A DNA stretch of 62,777 bases, the filler included. It is 14 parts of 14 records of this genome, joined end to end, with 100 filler letters (N's around TTAATTAATTAA, not from the genome) between each part and the next. Parts side by side here need not be neighbours in the genome. Positions count along the whole stretch, not along the records: positions 51,352 to 56,897 come from SRR15195285_8800; positions 56,998 to 62,777 come from SRR15195285_8809; 12 more parts are not named here. One strand, given 5' to 3'. The notes under the pieces are model-generated. The model was not told the DNA's origin and did not search any database. It worked only from the letters and a program-made list of their open reading frames with translations. The translations under genes and the position numbers were made by a program. Shown here one piece after another: positions 51,252-62,777 of the stretch; the first letter of the stretch is position 1, and each line of letters opens with the position of its first letter.

Positions 51252-51720
51252 NNNNNNNNNNNNNNNNNNNNNNNNNNNNNNNNNNNNNNNNNNNNTTAAT
51301 TAATTAANNNNNNNNNNNNNNNNNNNNNNNNNNNNNNNNNNNNNNNNNNNNCACGTCAGGCACATTCGAGAACAAATCTGAAATCACAGCACGCCGAACT
51401 TGGATGAGCTCATTCATTCAGATTCACTCACGATTCAGTATACAATTGTACCCAGAGTAGAATACCGCGACCACTCCGGCAGGTACTACTATCCATGAAT
51501 CGAGTGTACACAGTAGTACGATACACGTACGCACGCCGGCGCCACTTGAGAACTGTACAATTGATATACTCCGTGCAGCCGCTATTAGGATCCTAAGTAT
51601 AATATAGTATAATGCAGGGCGTACTCGAGATCTGGAGCTAGCCTCGGCGCCGGCGTACTGAGTGCCCTCCGTCGTCCTCAGGGCCTGCTGCTCGTCGCCG
51701 GGCGGCTGGTCGTGGCGAAC

Positions 51721-54700
51721 ATGGGCTTCTCGAATAACCTTGCTTGTGGCACAAGGCTCACGGCGCTGCTGCTTGGGCTCATGGGAGCGGCCAGCGCTAT
51801 GGATGATGACGGGGGGAGCAGCGTGCTGGCGGCACCTGCAGCAGCGTCCGGCGGCGATGAATGGCTAAGCGAGTCAGCACGACGAATGCAACTTGGGGAT
51901 AATCCTGATGTGGATATCTGCGATGCTACTGCGTCTCCCATCACGCTGCCGTCTGGGACCATTCATGACGACGAGCCGGACAGCGGTGTCGACTGTGTCG
52001 ACGACGATCTAACGCCGTCAGAAATCGCGTCGTGTGGCGATGGCTCGGACCAGACCTTCGGGTTAGTGCTGCCCCTGCATTTTGCGTTTTTGCCACCACC
52101 CGCTCCCCTCCGTGACCGGCGCAGCTCACTGCGCCCGTGCCTTCTATGGCAGGTATGGAAACAACCTCGATTGCGGCGTTGCATTACACGCTGGGAAGAA
52201 TCAGGTCATTACGCTGGTGTTCGCCCAAATCAATCTCGAGGGAGGGCCGCGAATTATGGACGGGATTCCTGTGCCTGGGGCATGTGATGACCCAGGGTGC
52301 GATTACATTTCGATCTACGACGGCGACTCGGACAGCGCACCTTTGATCGGTCAGTACACAGGCCACAGCATCCCCATACCGATCACCTCTCGCGGACAGG
52401 ACATCTTCGTTCGATTTCAGACGGACCATGGGAATGCTGGCATCAGCAGCAGCATCGATCCCGGTTTCTTTCTAGACTGGCACTTTGTTGATGTCGAGGC
52501 GAACAACATATGTGAGCTTGGCGAGAGCATCCTGACGTCAGTGCATGGGCGGCTATCAGATGATCTTGCGGACGCAGGGGTCGCGTGTACGGGCGATACG
52601 TGTTCTGGTGCAAACATGGGCTACTCGGATAACCTTTCTTGTGGCACAAGGATACATGCGCCGAGTGGATCGACGATCTTGTGGCAGTTCAGCGAAATCA
52701 ATCTGGAGGGCGGATCCTCGCAGCGCGCTGGCTGTACTCCGTGCCCCGCTGACGGCTGCGACAATGTCAAATTGTACGACGGTCCAGACTCGTCCGCGCC
52801 ACTGTTGGGCAGCTTCACTGGCAACCACGTTCCCCCTGAAGTCCGGACAACCCAACAAGATCTATGGTTGGAATTTCACACAGATGGAGGAAACTGTGGC
52901 ATCGCGGACTCGACCTCGGACCCGGGCTGGTATGTCAGCCAATCTTATCCTTTTTATATGTTTCCCCCGTCATGACGACTCCCGCTCAGTTCATGACGAC
53001 TCCCGCAGGTTTGGTGAATGGACGATCATTGATGCTGGCGTAAATATTTGTCACCCCTCGGCCGCGGTACTCACGGCAAGCCACGGTGTCATCCACGACG
53101 ACGAGCCTAGCAGCGAGATTGATTGCACTGGTGCTGGTAGAGCGGCGTGCAACGGTGCAGACGGCGACAGAGGATACGGGGATGGACTGGCGTGTGGAGT
53201 GCGCATCCATGCCCCGGCTGGTCACACTGTCTCGTTCGACTTCGACACGTTCAACTTAGAAAGAGGGTTTGACTTCTTGGACATTTATGATGGTGCCGAC
53301 GAGACAGCGCCCCAACTCGGGCATTTCACTGGTACAGCGTTGCCGCTTTCTACCAGTAGCACTGGGCAAGATCTGTTCGTCAAATTTGTGAGCAATGCTG
53401 TCTCATTGAATTTCCTGATTTGTAATCCCGAAGGCACCAGCATCGATGTTCGCTTGATGACTGCGACGGACACTTGCAAGACATCGGTTCTCATCTGCAT
53501 TGCCCTATCGTACTGCTTTGCTGCAACATAGAATACGGATGTCGGCAACGCCGGCATCAACTATCCTACGGACCCAGGCTTCTTTGGACACTGGCGGTTC
53601 CACTCTCCAAAAGAGCACCATTCTACCGTTGGAGAGGCATGTGAAGACACTGAGATGAGACCATCATGCTCCCATATCGTTGCCATGGGTATAAATGCTT
53701 TATACGCGGGCAAAACGAGCCCACTGCTTACATTCGATCTCCTGCTCACCAGGTTTCTGGTGCTCTGGGAACAGGACTTTCATGTGATTCAGACATGCAG
53801 AGCCTAGCTGGTGGCGATGCAGCCTACGCAGGACAGCATTTATCTAGATACTGCCCACGAAGCTGTGGCGAGTGCATCGGGCAGGTCGCACCGCCGCCAC
53901 CAGCTGTGCAACGCCCTCCAAATCCAAACTGCGTGGACACCCCAAGAGACTGGGCCAGTTCGACTGGAAACAGCTGTGGCCAGTACGAGTCTGCTAACTG
54001 GTGCACTGTAGACGGCGGCTACGGGCCAGGGTGGCTGACAGGTAAGCTTTTTCCTCACGCTGACACGTTCTCACGTTCTCACAGAAGTGGCTTTTCTGGT
54101 GGCTTTGTGTTCGTTCTGCAGATCAATACGGCCCTTTCTCTAGGTGGCAGGTTGATGGCGTCGATGCGTCACAAGCCTGTTGTGCATGTGGCGGAGGTTC
54201 TACTGGCAACCATGACAGCCCATCTCCACCGCCGAGTCGTCGCCCACCTCCGCCACCTCCACCACAGCTTGAGTGTAGGGTAAGTGGCGCCACGCCCAGT
54301 CATTTGCATTTGTATGTTGGTGACTGAGATGGCTGCGCGGTGGGAGCAGGATGCATCTGAAGTATGTCCCGTCATCACGCTAGTGGCTGGAGTCTGTGAC
54401 GAGGATATGGAGCAAGTCACAGGAGATGCGCGGTTCGCGGCTGCAACAGTTGGAAGTGTCTGCCGTGTCTCGTGCAACACCTGCGACCAGCGCCCTCAAC
54501 ATCCCTCTCCACCACAACCACCACCACCACCACCACACGTCCTGCGGCCTTCGCAAGCGCTCAAGGGCTACCAGGCATGTATGGACCACTTGAATACTGC
54601 AGAAGATTCGCTCGGCCACACGTGCTGCGCCGATGGATGCCCGAACGGCACTCCAGATGTTTGCAGTCAACAATGTGCAGCGGTGTGGATGCCATTCTCT

Positions 54701-55185
54701 CTCCACTGCTCCTCTTTCTTGGAGGATGATTCGATGCTGGCGATGGTCCTTCCGCTGTCGACAAGCTGTGAAGAGACTCAGTACGGTCGATATACTAGTG
54801 CTGTCCTGGGCGGGCGCTGCTCCCCTGTGTCTGAACGGCGGTACCAGGATCAGCTGATAGCTGCTGGCTGCATGGAAGGCACGACTACACAGCTGGCCAC
54901 ACAGTGCACAGATGACTGTGCCGAGGAATTCTTGGAGTTCTGTGCGTGTGCCACGACCATGTCCTCTGCACAGCAGCGTCGTTCGCTAGCCGACAGTGTT
55001 CGCGAACAGCCACACACCACTAGCAACACATAGGTGCAGCTAAAGTTGTTTTGACACGAACATGGTCTGATTTGTCTGTCGCAGATGCGGACTGTCACCC
55101 ACGGTTCGAAGCACAGGGTGACGACTCAGCGCGGTACGCAGCGTTTCTGCGACTGTGCCAGGGAAACAATGGTGGCGGACACTAA
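51721..55185 (+). CDS. Secreted multi-exon protein with three CUB domains and Cys-rich modules
   Basis: Hydrophobic signal LTALLLGLMGAASA. Three YxxNLxC...F..I/FNLE...DYI/FL.IYDG....P.LG.FTG...F.TD motifs. ShK-like CPRSCGEC and CRVSCNTC. Last exon ends NNGGGH-TAA. Confidence 0.82.
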
Positions 55186-56047
55186 CTGAGTTAGTGAAGT
55201 CTTCACGTAGAATGCATCAATCATTCTGACTCTTTTGGGACGCGATAGTGACCGAGGAGGGATAGACAGATGAGTCACGTTGCGGGTGCGTGGTACGGTG
55301 CCGAGCGCATCGAGGTCGTCTCGGATGCGAGGGATGTTTGTAAACTCTCCTTTTCAGTTAGCCACCCTCGCTGCTCCCTTAGTGAGGAGTGAGGATGTGA
55401 GGAACTGACTGTACGGCATTCTCAATACTTGGTACATGCACCACTACCCTCAGGGTTTTACCCACTGGCTACCTGGACGGCGATTGGTTCAGCTTGGTCT
55501 CCCTTTCTGCTGACCCAGGTACCGGTACCGCCTCTCGAGGTGTTGCCTTGGTCGGCTCTAGTCGGCTTTTGGGGAAGTTTTCACCAGGGTGTCGCGCCAG
55601 CCCTTTTATGTGTGTGTCATTCCCCTTTAAATACACTCCGGTGCTTGTATATTCATAGTGTACACAGGCCTACTGTACGCCGCCCTACAAGGGCTCGCGG
55701 TAATGTGGAGTGTACTCACCCAGAAACAAGCTTGACGCTCTCATGCACTCATATTCATGAATACATGCGTGCTGAAGCAGCGTTGAAAAATCGACGGAGT
55801 CGCTTCAAACGGTCCGCCGTTCATGCAAAATAAAGCGCCGGGGTAGAATCATTTTCAATTATGAGCAGTCTGTGTTGGAAAACAGTACCATTCTGTTGTA
55901 CGCCCTCCCGTGGCAAAAAAGCGAACATTGTTATCCACGCCGCCAAGCGACAAGCTAAAAACACGGAAGACAGCCCTCAGTCTGCTGTATACACCGTGTG
56001 GTGAGTCCACGCCAGTCAGGTCAGGTCAGTGCAGTCAGAGTGGTCAG

Positions 56048-56644
56048 ATGGTGAGGGGGATGTGGTGCGTGCTGGCTGCGGTCGCGGCGTTCGCGAGCGG
56101 TCTGGACAGTGGGATGGGCTGCCGGGTCAACACTGGCCACCAGGCCTTGAAGACGTGTAGCGTGGAGCAGCTCGTGGAGCAGATGAAGGAGAACCCCACC
56201 GATTCCAAGGTCATCGGCCACTCATCCGACGCAATGGCGCTGATGGTGCAAAAGTCCGCAGAGAAATGCGCGAATGCGGGTGAGCTGGGCGCGATTGCAG
56301 CCATCCTCAAAGCGATGGATACGTTCGAGACTGACATGTGGGTCCAGCGATACGCGTGCGCTCTGGTCGGATCGCTCATCAGCGGCCACGAAGGCTGCCC
56401 GCAGAGCAACCGCGACATCCTGAGAGAGTCCGGCGCGCAAGAACGCGTGGAGCGAGCCCTTGCAAACGGCGCTAGTGACCACTACATTCAGGGCTACTGC
56501 ACGGAGTCGCTGTCCGCCGTCACTCTGGGTGCGGCCTACAGAACTCCCGAACCTTCCGAAGAGTATCGCCAGGCTCGGCTCAAGAACCGGAGAGATGAAC
56601 AGCTGGACCGAATGGCCAAGCGAGCTTCCCGTGAGGAGGTATAG
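56048..56644 (+). CDS. Small armadillo-repeat protein with N-terminal signal peptide
   Basis: MWCVLAAVAAFASG; VEQLVEQMK, GAIAAILKAMDTF...VQRYAC, GAQERVERAL (ARM-like helices). Confidence 0.7.
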   Translation: MVRGMWCVLAAVAAFASGLDSGMGCRVNTGHQALKTCSVEQLVEQMKENPTDSKVIGHSSDAMALMVQKSAEKCANAGELGAIAAILKAMDTFETDMWVQRYACALVGSLISGHEGCPQSNRDILRESGAQERVERALANGASDHYIQGYCTESLSAVTLGAAYRTPEPSEEYRQARLKNRRDEQLDRMAKRASREEV

Positions 56645-56868
56645 ACTGTCTTCGGACACGCACGGGATAAAGGGCACGAAGGTGAGATAGCTGAACGGAG
56701 TAATATGCTTTCAGCACACAGCACCGTGCGCTGCACTCGCAAGTCGTGGACCGTCCTCACGGTGTGGTAAAGTACATCCCGGTGAAAAATATTGCACTCA
56801 CAATATTCGCTTCTTTCCCTATCTCTCTGCAACCTCTCCTCCTCATCGCAAGTCGTCATCGCTGCTGG

Positions 56869-57030
56869 TACTGCTGCTGCTGCTGCTGCTGCTGCTGNNN
56901 NNNNNNNNNNNNNNNNNNNNNNNNNNNNNNNNNNNNNNNNNTTAATTAATTAANNNNNNNNNNNNNNNNNNNNNNNNNNNNNNNNNNNNNNNNNNNNTGT
57001 GTGTGTGTGTGTGTGCGTGCGTGTGTGTGT
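56869..57030. repeat. (CTG)n and (TG)n microsatellites on either side of a contig break
   Basis: (ctg)n at 56869-56897 and (tg)n at 56998-57030. Confidence 0.85.
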
Positions 57031-57034
57031 GCAG

Positions 57035-59632
57035 ACGACATCGTGGAGACGGCGAATGAGGGCGATGGCGCGGCCGTGGCGAAGGAGCCGGAGGCGCAGG
57101 GTCAGATGGGGCTTGGGCACTCGAACCTCCTCTGGTCCTGCCCGGCGGGGCAGGTTGGCAGCGCGAACGGCTGCGTGGACCGCCCGAAGCCGCCGCGGAA
57201 GAAGAGAAACGCTGCTGAGAAGGAGCGTGCACGGCGTGAACTGCTGACCACCAACCGCGTGATGAACGAGTACCTTGCGGAGCACGGGTCTGGGAAGCTC
57301 ACGGCCGAGGACACAACTGCAGCAATCAAGGCGGCCGAGGAGTACCTATACGTCTACGGGCCGGACTCAGACGTTAATATGGGCTGGACCCCAAAGGAGG
57401 AGCACGCGCAGCGCACCGCTTTCGACGCAATGCGCAACGAGCTGCAAGTGCGCCTCGACGCCAGCGCCAAGGCAGTTGAGGAAGCAGAAGCGCAGGTGGA
57501 GGACGTTGAGGCGCACACAAGGGACTTGGAAGCCATTTTGGACCCAATAGCCAAGCACTCGCAGGAGATGGGCGTGAAAGATGTCAACTCACAGCAGGTC
57601 TCACTGATGCAGGAGCTCGTGCAGCTGGTGCGCGTGTCACAATTGTCCCCGTCGGCACTACCCTGGCGCCACAGTAGTCCTGAACACCCAGCAGTTTGGG
57701 ACTGATGGGTGTGTTTCTTGTTCCCAGGGCGACGAGTTGCAGGACAAAATGGCAGCTCGGCTGCATATGAAGACCGAGCACTTCACGCTGCACAAGGAGA
57801 TGTTAGACATGCTGCAGCATGAATCTGACCGACGTGCCGCCTTGGCTGATTGGTACGCTAAAAACGGGATCGAGGATGGCCAGCTGCTCGGTGATACAGG
57901 GCTTCCGCTGAGCATGAACCTGAGTGATGCTGCTCTAAAGCGAAGAGGCAAACCAAAGCTGGGCCGCAAAGGAAGTGAGTTTTCGTCGTCGGAAGCCGCC
58001 AGCCTAGCGATCCGCGGGGCGCAAGGAGATTTCTCGAATTTTCTCAGTCAAGCAGGCCGTCCACCGAGCAGCGCGATGGTTACGCTGGAGGTGGTCATGC
58101 CGCTACCAGCTGGCGTGAAAGCGCCTAGCTGTCAAGAGGGTGCTTCGTGCGAAAATGGTGTTGAGCTGCCGGTCTTGGAGAAACTCGCGATCATGTGTGA
58201 AAATCTACCGTCCGATGTGTACGAGTGCAACGCAGAAATTGGAGTGGCCATACCCGAGTTTTTGATCAAGACGCCGGACATGATGTCCGTCTTGTTCCCA
58301 GACAATGGTTACCTCAAGCTCTATGAAGCGTTTGGTGGCCTTGATCAGACGCTTATCAAACTACGAGACGAACTGATTGAAAACCCTCGGGAGCTGGCGA
58401 CACTCGCTGAGTACTGCACAGCCCTGCGGGCAAAAGGCGACACTTGGGAGGCGATCGATTGCTTCCGCTGGTCTATTGACCTAGTGAACACAGGACAGTA
58501 TGATAAAGACTCGGCGCGCTGGAAAGAGCGCAATACAGAGGGTCAGCTCACCACAGTCGGCACAATTGCGACCGACCTAAAGATCAACTACGGGGAGACG
58601 GCGCTTCGAGCGGGCCTAGTAGAAGAGGCAGTGGCTGCGTTTGAGTCCACATCAGCCGACGAGTGGCTTAAAGGTCGGAAAGGCAAGCGCGAAGACTTCA
58701 CTATGGGGGTGCTGGCCGCAGGCCACGCGCGGGATGTTTCCGCTACGCATACGTACGAATCTGCGCAGGAGTACGTTGACTTGATCGACCGACAGCAAAA
58801 GGGCGGACGCAGCACATGGCGGGTGCACCACTCACCAGCGTGGTACAAATATGGCTCACTCTTTGCGGCGTGTCGATGGGTGCTCGGATTGATCCTCTTT
58901 TCCATGGTCCTTATGCGCCTTGGCGGGTTTCGGGTGTGGGTGCAGTGGCCGTCGCTACCATGTATAGGTGGACCATCGCATTTGGCGATCTGCTGCGAGC
59001 TTGGAGGCGCAGTGCATGTGTTGCACACACGGTCTCCACAGCCGAACTTGGACAACGCGGCGAGTCTTGCCGCCGCTGCGGCTGCTCGCAACGGTAGTGG
59101 TGACCGCGATGAGGGTCCACTTTCACCAGTCTTTCTGGCCCATGATACGGGCGACGGAAAACGTGGCAAAGATGCTGGATGGAAAGATATTGAGATGAAG
59201 ATCGAGCTTCCGAGCCATCAGTTAATTGGTCATCTGGAGTTGATGGCGCCTGTCTCGTGCTGCGGATGTATGGATGGTGGTCCACGCCGCAGTTGGTGCA
59301 GCAGAGTGATGTGCTACAGCGTGGCTTACACTTTCGCAGACCTTGATATGAAGTTGCTGAAGGTCAACACTGGTCACGATGCTAACGTCAGAGGTGCTCG
59401 GCGCAGAGCCGACGGAGGACACAGCACGGAGCACCACCAAAATGGCCACTCAATGTCAGCGATTCGGCTAGGCTTTCTGTCGCACTCGATCTTTGGCACC
59501 AGTTCGCACACCCACACGCTGCATATGGAGGAGGCACCCGGAGTATTTCGACTGCTAAGCGCTATCCAGAATGAGAGTAGGCTTCAACATGGAAAGGGAG
59601 GGTCGACCGGACGAGCACGGCGACGGCGGTGA
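57035..59632 (+). CDS. Partial coiled-coil/TPR membrane protein (TTC17-like TPR motif)
   Basis: Exon 57035-57627, intron 57628-57727 (GTGCGC...CAG), long exon with LAEYCTALRAKGDTWEAIDCFRWSI, NYGETALRAG and TM WVLGLILFSMVLM. Confidence 0.65.
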
Positions 59633-59740
59633 GTGCGTGTGACTCAGAAATGGACAGCCAAACTAATCGATGCGGCGATCATTCTATGCTGAATTTGTCA
59701 GCCGCAATCGTGTTTGGCTTGCGATGCCCCATCCTGGTAA

Positions 59741-62662
59741 TCACATGACAAAGCTGCCAGTCACAACGTTGCTTGCATGCTTAGCGTTGGCTGGCAATTT
59801 CGCCCGTGGATCGCTAGGAAGATGGCCACCGACGCTCACTGAGACGGATCCAGTCGCTGGGCGGCGCGAACCGTCTGCCCCCACGAGAGTAAGCGATTTC
59901 GGCCCGTCTATGTCGAACGTAACCTTTGTCGATGTACCCGGAGCGAGCAACACTTTCTCGAACCCCGCCAGTGCAAACGGAACTGGAGGAAGTGCACTGC
60001 CAGCACCGTCTAGAGTCAAATACAACTGTGCAACTTCAGCGCCTGGTTTCTTGCCGGTATTGGTGACAGTGACCGAAACAGATGTCTTAGTTGCGGCCAG
60101 CTGTGAGTAAGAAAACTGCGAGTAAGAGAGCCCTGCAACATGCACGGCACGTTAGCGCAGTGTGCTAGTGCAGTCTAAGATGGGCGGGGGGACTGCGTAC
60201 TCACCCCAGCCAAAGCTGAATAGAGCGTCTGTTTCCTGCGAAGCGATCCTACGGTAGGTCCGGCCCTGCTTTCCGAAAGTCATGTTAAGGTTTGAAACAG
60301 GACCAACTCCAGATAGGTAGGCCGTGGGATGGATTGTCAGGGGAAGACGCCTACCAGCGTAAGACAGGGAGTCCGTCAGCGTTTGCGTGCAAATGTAGAC
60401 GTACAGGAGTAGGTGAGTTGCTCACCCTGATGGATTCACATGGCCCCAGATCACGTCCGTAAGGCCGTGGCCTGTCTCCTGGCCACCATACCACAGCTGA
60501 ATAACTGCATCAATTCCAGTGAAATCTGCGTCCACGCCCCCAGCAGACATGATTGCGAGAACGAGCTTGGTATTGGCGCCAGTCTCGGTGTTTCGCTCCT
60601 TGATGGCTTGTTTGACTGCCGCGAGCAATGCTATTTGCGGTTTAGGGAAATGAAGATCGCTACGATCTCGTCCCTCGCCTTCGATGTCGTTTCCAAGCCC
60701 AAGCGAAAGTATCACCACATCAGCGGTTTTCACAGCAGCTGTTGCTTCAGCAATCATGGACGCGTTTGCTTGTGTTCCAACCTGCTCGCTCCCTTGTGCG
60801 TAGATGACGTGGAAGCCACAAGCCTGGCCTTCTTCAGTCACAGCGTCCAACACAGTGTTGATGTAACTAGGCTGGCCTTTGTAATTGTTCAAATAGCCCA
60901 TCGAGCCACCATACCCACCGCCACGTTCCTTGCAGTCACTCCAGGGACCGATCACCGCAACCGTTTTCAAGCCAGCTGTTGCTAGTGGCAGCGCGTCATC
61001 AATATTCTGCAAAAGCACTGCACTGGCCGCTACTGCCTTGCGCGCAACCTGCTTATGCTGACTCGAGTCGAGCAGGTCGATCGGATACTTCCCGAAGAAG
61101 GGATTCCTCGCGTCATCGAACTCACCGAGACGGAAGCGAGTCAAGAACGCTCGTGTGACGGCATCATCCAGCGCTTTCTGCGTCATTTTACCTGCCGCGA
61201 TCGCGTTCTGGATATCGTTGAAGACATTGTCGCCGTAATCGAGCTGAATGCCAGCATTGATCGCCGCAGCGACAGCGTCCTCGGTGCTGTTGAAGTTTTT
61301 GTGCGTACTCACAGCGTTTCGGAACGTGCCACAGCAGTCGGTTTGACGGATGCACTTCGTGCCCCAGTCTTTCACTAACTTATCGTAAAGGTAATCATTT
61401 GCAGTATCTGCCATCCCGTTCAGTGCGGAGATAGAGAACATGATACCTTCGGCATCTCCGTCCACTTGGAAGGCTTTGAAGGGCGGTAGAAACTCGTCCT
61501 CCAAACTGGCAAGGCTTCCGTGATAGTCTCCCGCGCCGTTGTCCGGACTGGACCCGTGGTCGGTGATAAAATGGCGCGTCACCTGGCTGGTCTGCAAGAA
61601 GTAGTCGCCATTTCCCGCCACCCTAGTCTTGTTTTGCAGTGCGAGCGTCGCTATCTTGCCTACCTGCCCTGTATGATAAGGGCATTCGCCGTACATCTCA
61701 GATGTGCGTCCTACTCGCGGATCGTACGCCACATTCGCCAACGGCCCACCGTCAAAGTTCGTGGCGCCGATATAGGCGCCATTGTGCAGCGTCCAGTATT
61801 TCTGCTCGAGGACACGAGCCTCGATTGCCGTGACCTGGCTGATCTCTCGAATCATGTCTCGATCAAAGGTGGCTCCAATGCCAATCGCGTGGGGAAAGCA
61901 GGTGTTGTTGAACTTGAAGACCTGATCATCGACTCCCTCGATATCAGTGGCATCCCAGCGGAATGACTTGACGTTCAGGCGCGGCACGCCATGTAGCTGT
62001 CCCACCAGCATGAAGGTGTTCAGCTTCTCTGCTATGGTGAGGTTAGCCACGAGCGCCGCCGCGCGTGCTTCCATGCTGAGGCTTTGGTCGCAGAACTTCA
62101 GGCCGGCAGCTGGAGAACCGGGCGCACATGTTCGCATACTGGGCATCGGCGCTGGGGGCGGCGGCGGTGGCGGAGCACCTTTCGAGTCCAGGCACAGGCG
62201 ACTGCCTTTGTTCTGCAGGTGCGAAAAACCATCGCTGTTGTTCACGGCGTGCCAGTCGCAGTTGCCTTTGCACACAGCTGTGCTGCAGCTGGGAAAGCCC
62301 CACACCGTTGTGCCCGGTGTCTTGCCGTAGCCCTCGAGATTGACGCACATGTTCTTCTTTGCGGAGAGCACGAGGAATGAGTCTGCGGTGATCTCCCACT
62401 TCTGCTCCGCCGTTAGCGGAGACTCACACGGCTTGAGCGACAGGGCAATGCCAGCAGCCTCCTTTCCGCCCGCCGTCAGACACTCCAGCGCCTCTCCCGC
62501 CGCCGCGGTGCCTTGCAGCGCCCCGTCGCTGCCGAGCTTCCACCTCTGCTCCGGCGCATCCTTGCAGGCCTGCCCAGTGAGGTCTGCAAGGCCACCTGCC
62601 GCCTGCTGCAGCACAGCGCACACGCCAAGCAGCGCAGTCCGTCGCGTCGTCGCCATCGCCAT
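59741..62662 (-). CDS. Secreted GH3 beta-xylosidase/glucosidase with N-terminal ricin-B lectin domain
   Basis: Signal peptide, QRW/QKW ricin repeats, FPHAIGIGATFD, DPRVGR.SE.YGE.P, nucleophile TDC, EGEGRDR, NPSG|RLP, FGW|GLSY, AEVAQLY. Introns 60351-60425 and 60133-60204. Confidence 0.93.
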
Positions 62663-62777
62663 CGCTCCGACGGTTGACAGCTAGCCTGCATGGCTCAGAA
62701 TTCACTCCAGGGGACGGCGGAGTTTGTAAATACCGAAATGTCACAATTGTATCTGTGAATTTTTAACTCAGACGCGG

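Noticed and set aside
52970-53006. 16-bp direct duplication at an intron 3' end
   Set aside because: Simple local slippage; the acceptor is intact and no functional signal is evident.

Overview
This window is not one locus. It is 14 short contigs (about 3-6 kb each) joined by an artificial 100-nt spacer (N44-TTAATTAATTAA-N44), so adjacency across spacers means nothing. The DNA is GC-rich and gene-dense, with short GT-AG introns (mostly about 80-150 nt), recurrent (EP)n linkers and GC/palindrome-rich promoters. This points to a unicellular eukaryote, probably a marine protist SAG/MAG (a Picozoa-like assignment is only a guess). About 24 complete or partial genes are visible: many secreted hydrolases (GH3, GH42-like, GH43-like propeller, SASA esterase, carboxylesterase, purple acid phosphatase), a 1,3-beta-glucan synthase, an iota carbonic anhydrase, an SF1 helicase, a class IV aminotransferase and two 2OG oxygenases. 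Highlights: (1) a DsbA/FrnE-family selenoprotein that the ORF track splits at an in-frame UGA (CxxU), with a SECIS carrying an unusually long apical stem; (2) a fragment of a giant intronless acidic protein built of about 495-aa super-repeats (Gp5/VgrG-like beta-helix plus an inserted globular domain); (3) a kinesin motor-BAR-PH fusion; (4) a Rad51/Dmc1 paralog with dead Walker motifs and a large acidic insertion; (5) a DH-PH-FYVE-SH3-PDZ-villin-headpiece protein; (6) a GST with a signal peptide and C-terminal KSEL. All family calls come from motif recognition by eye; no searches were run.
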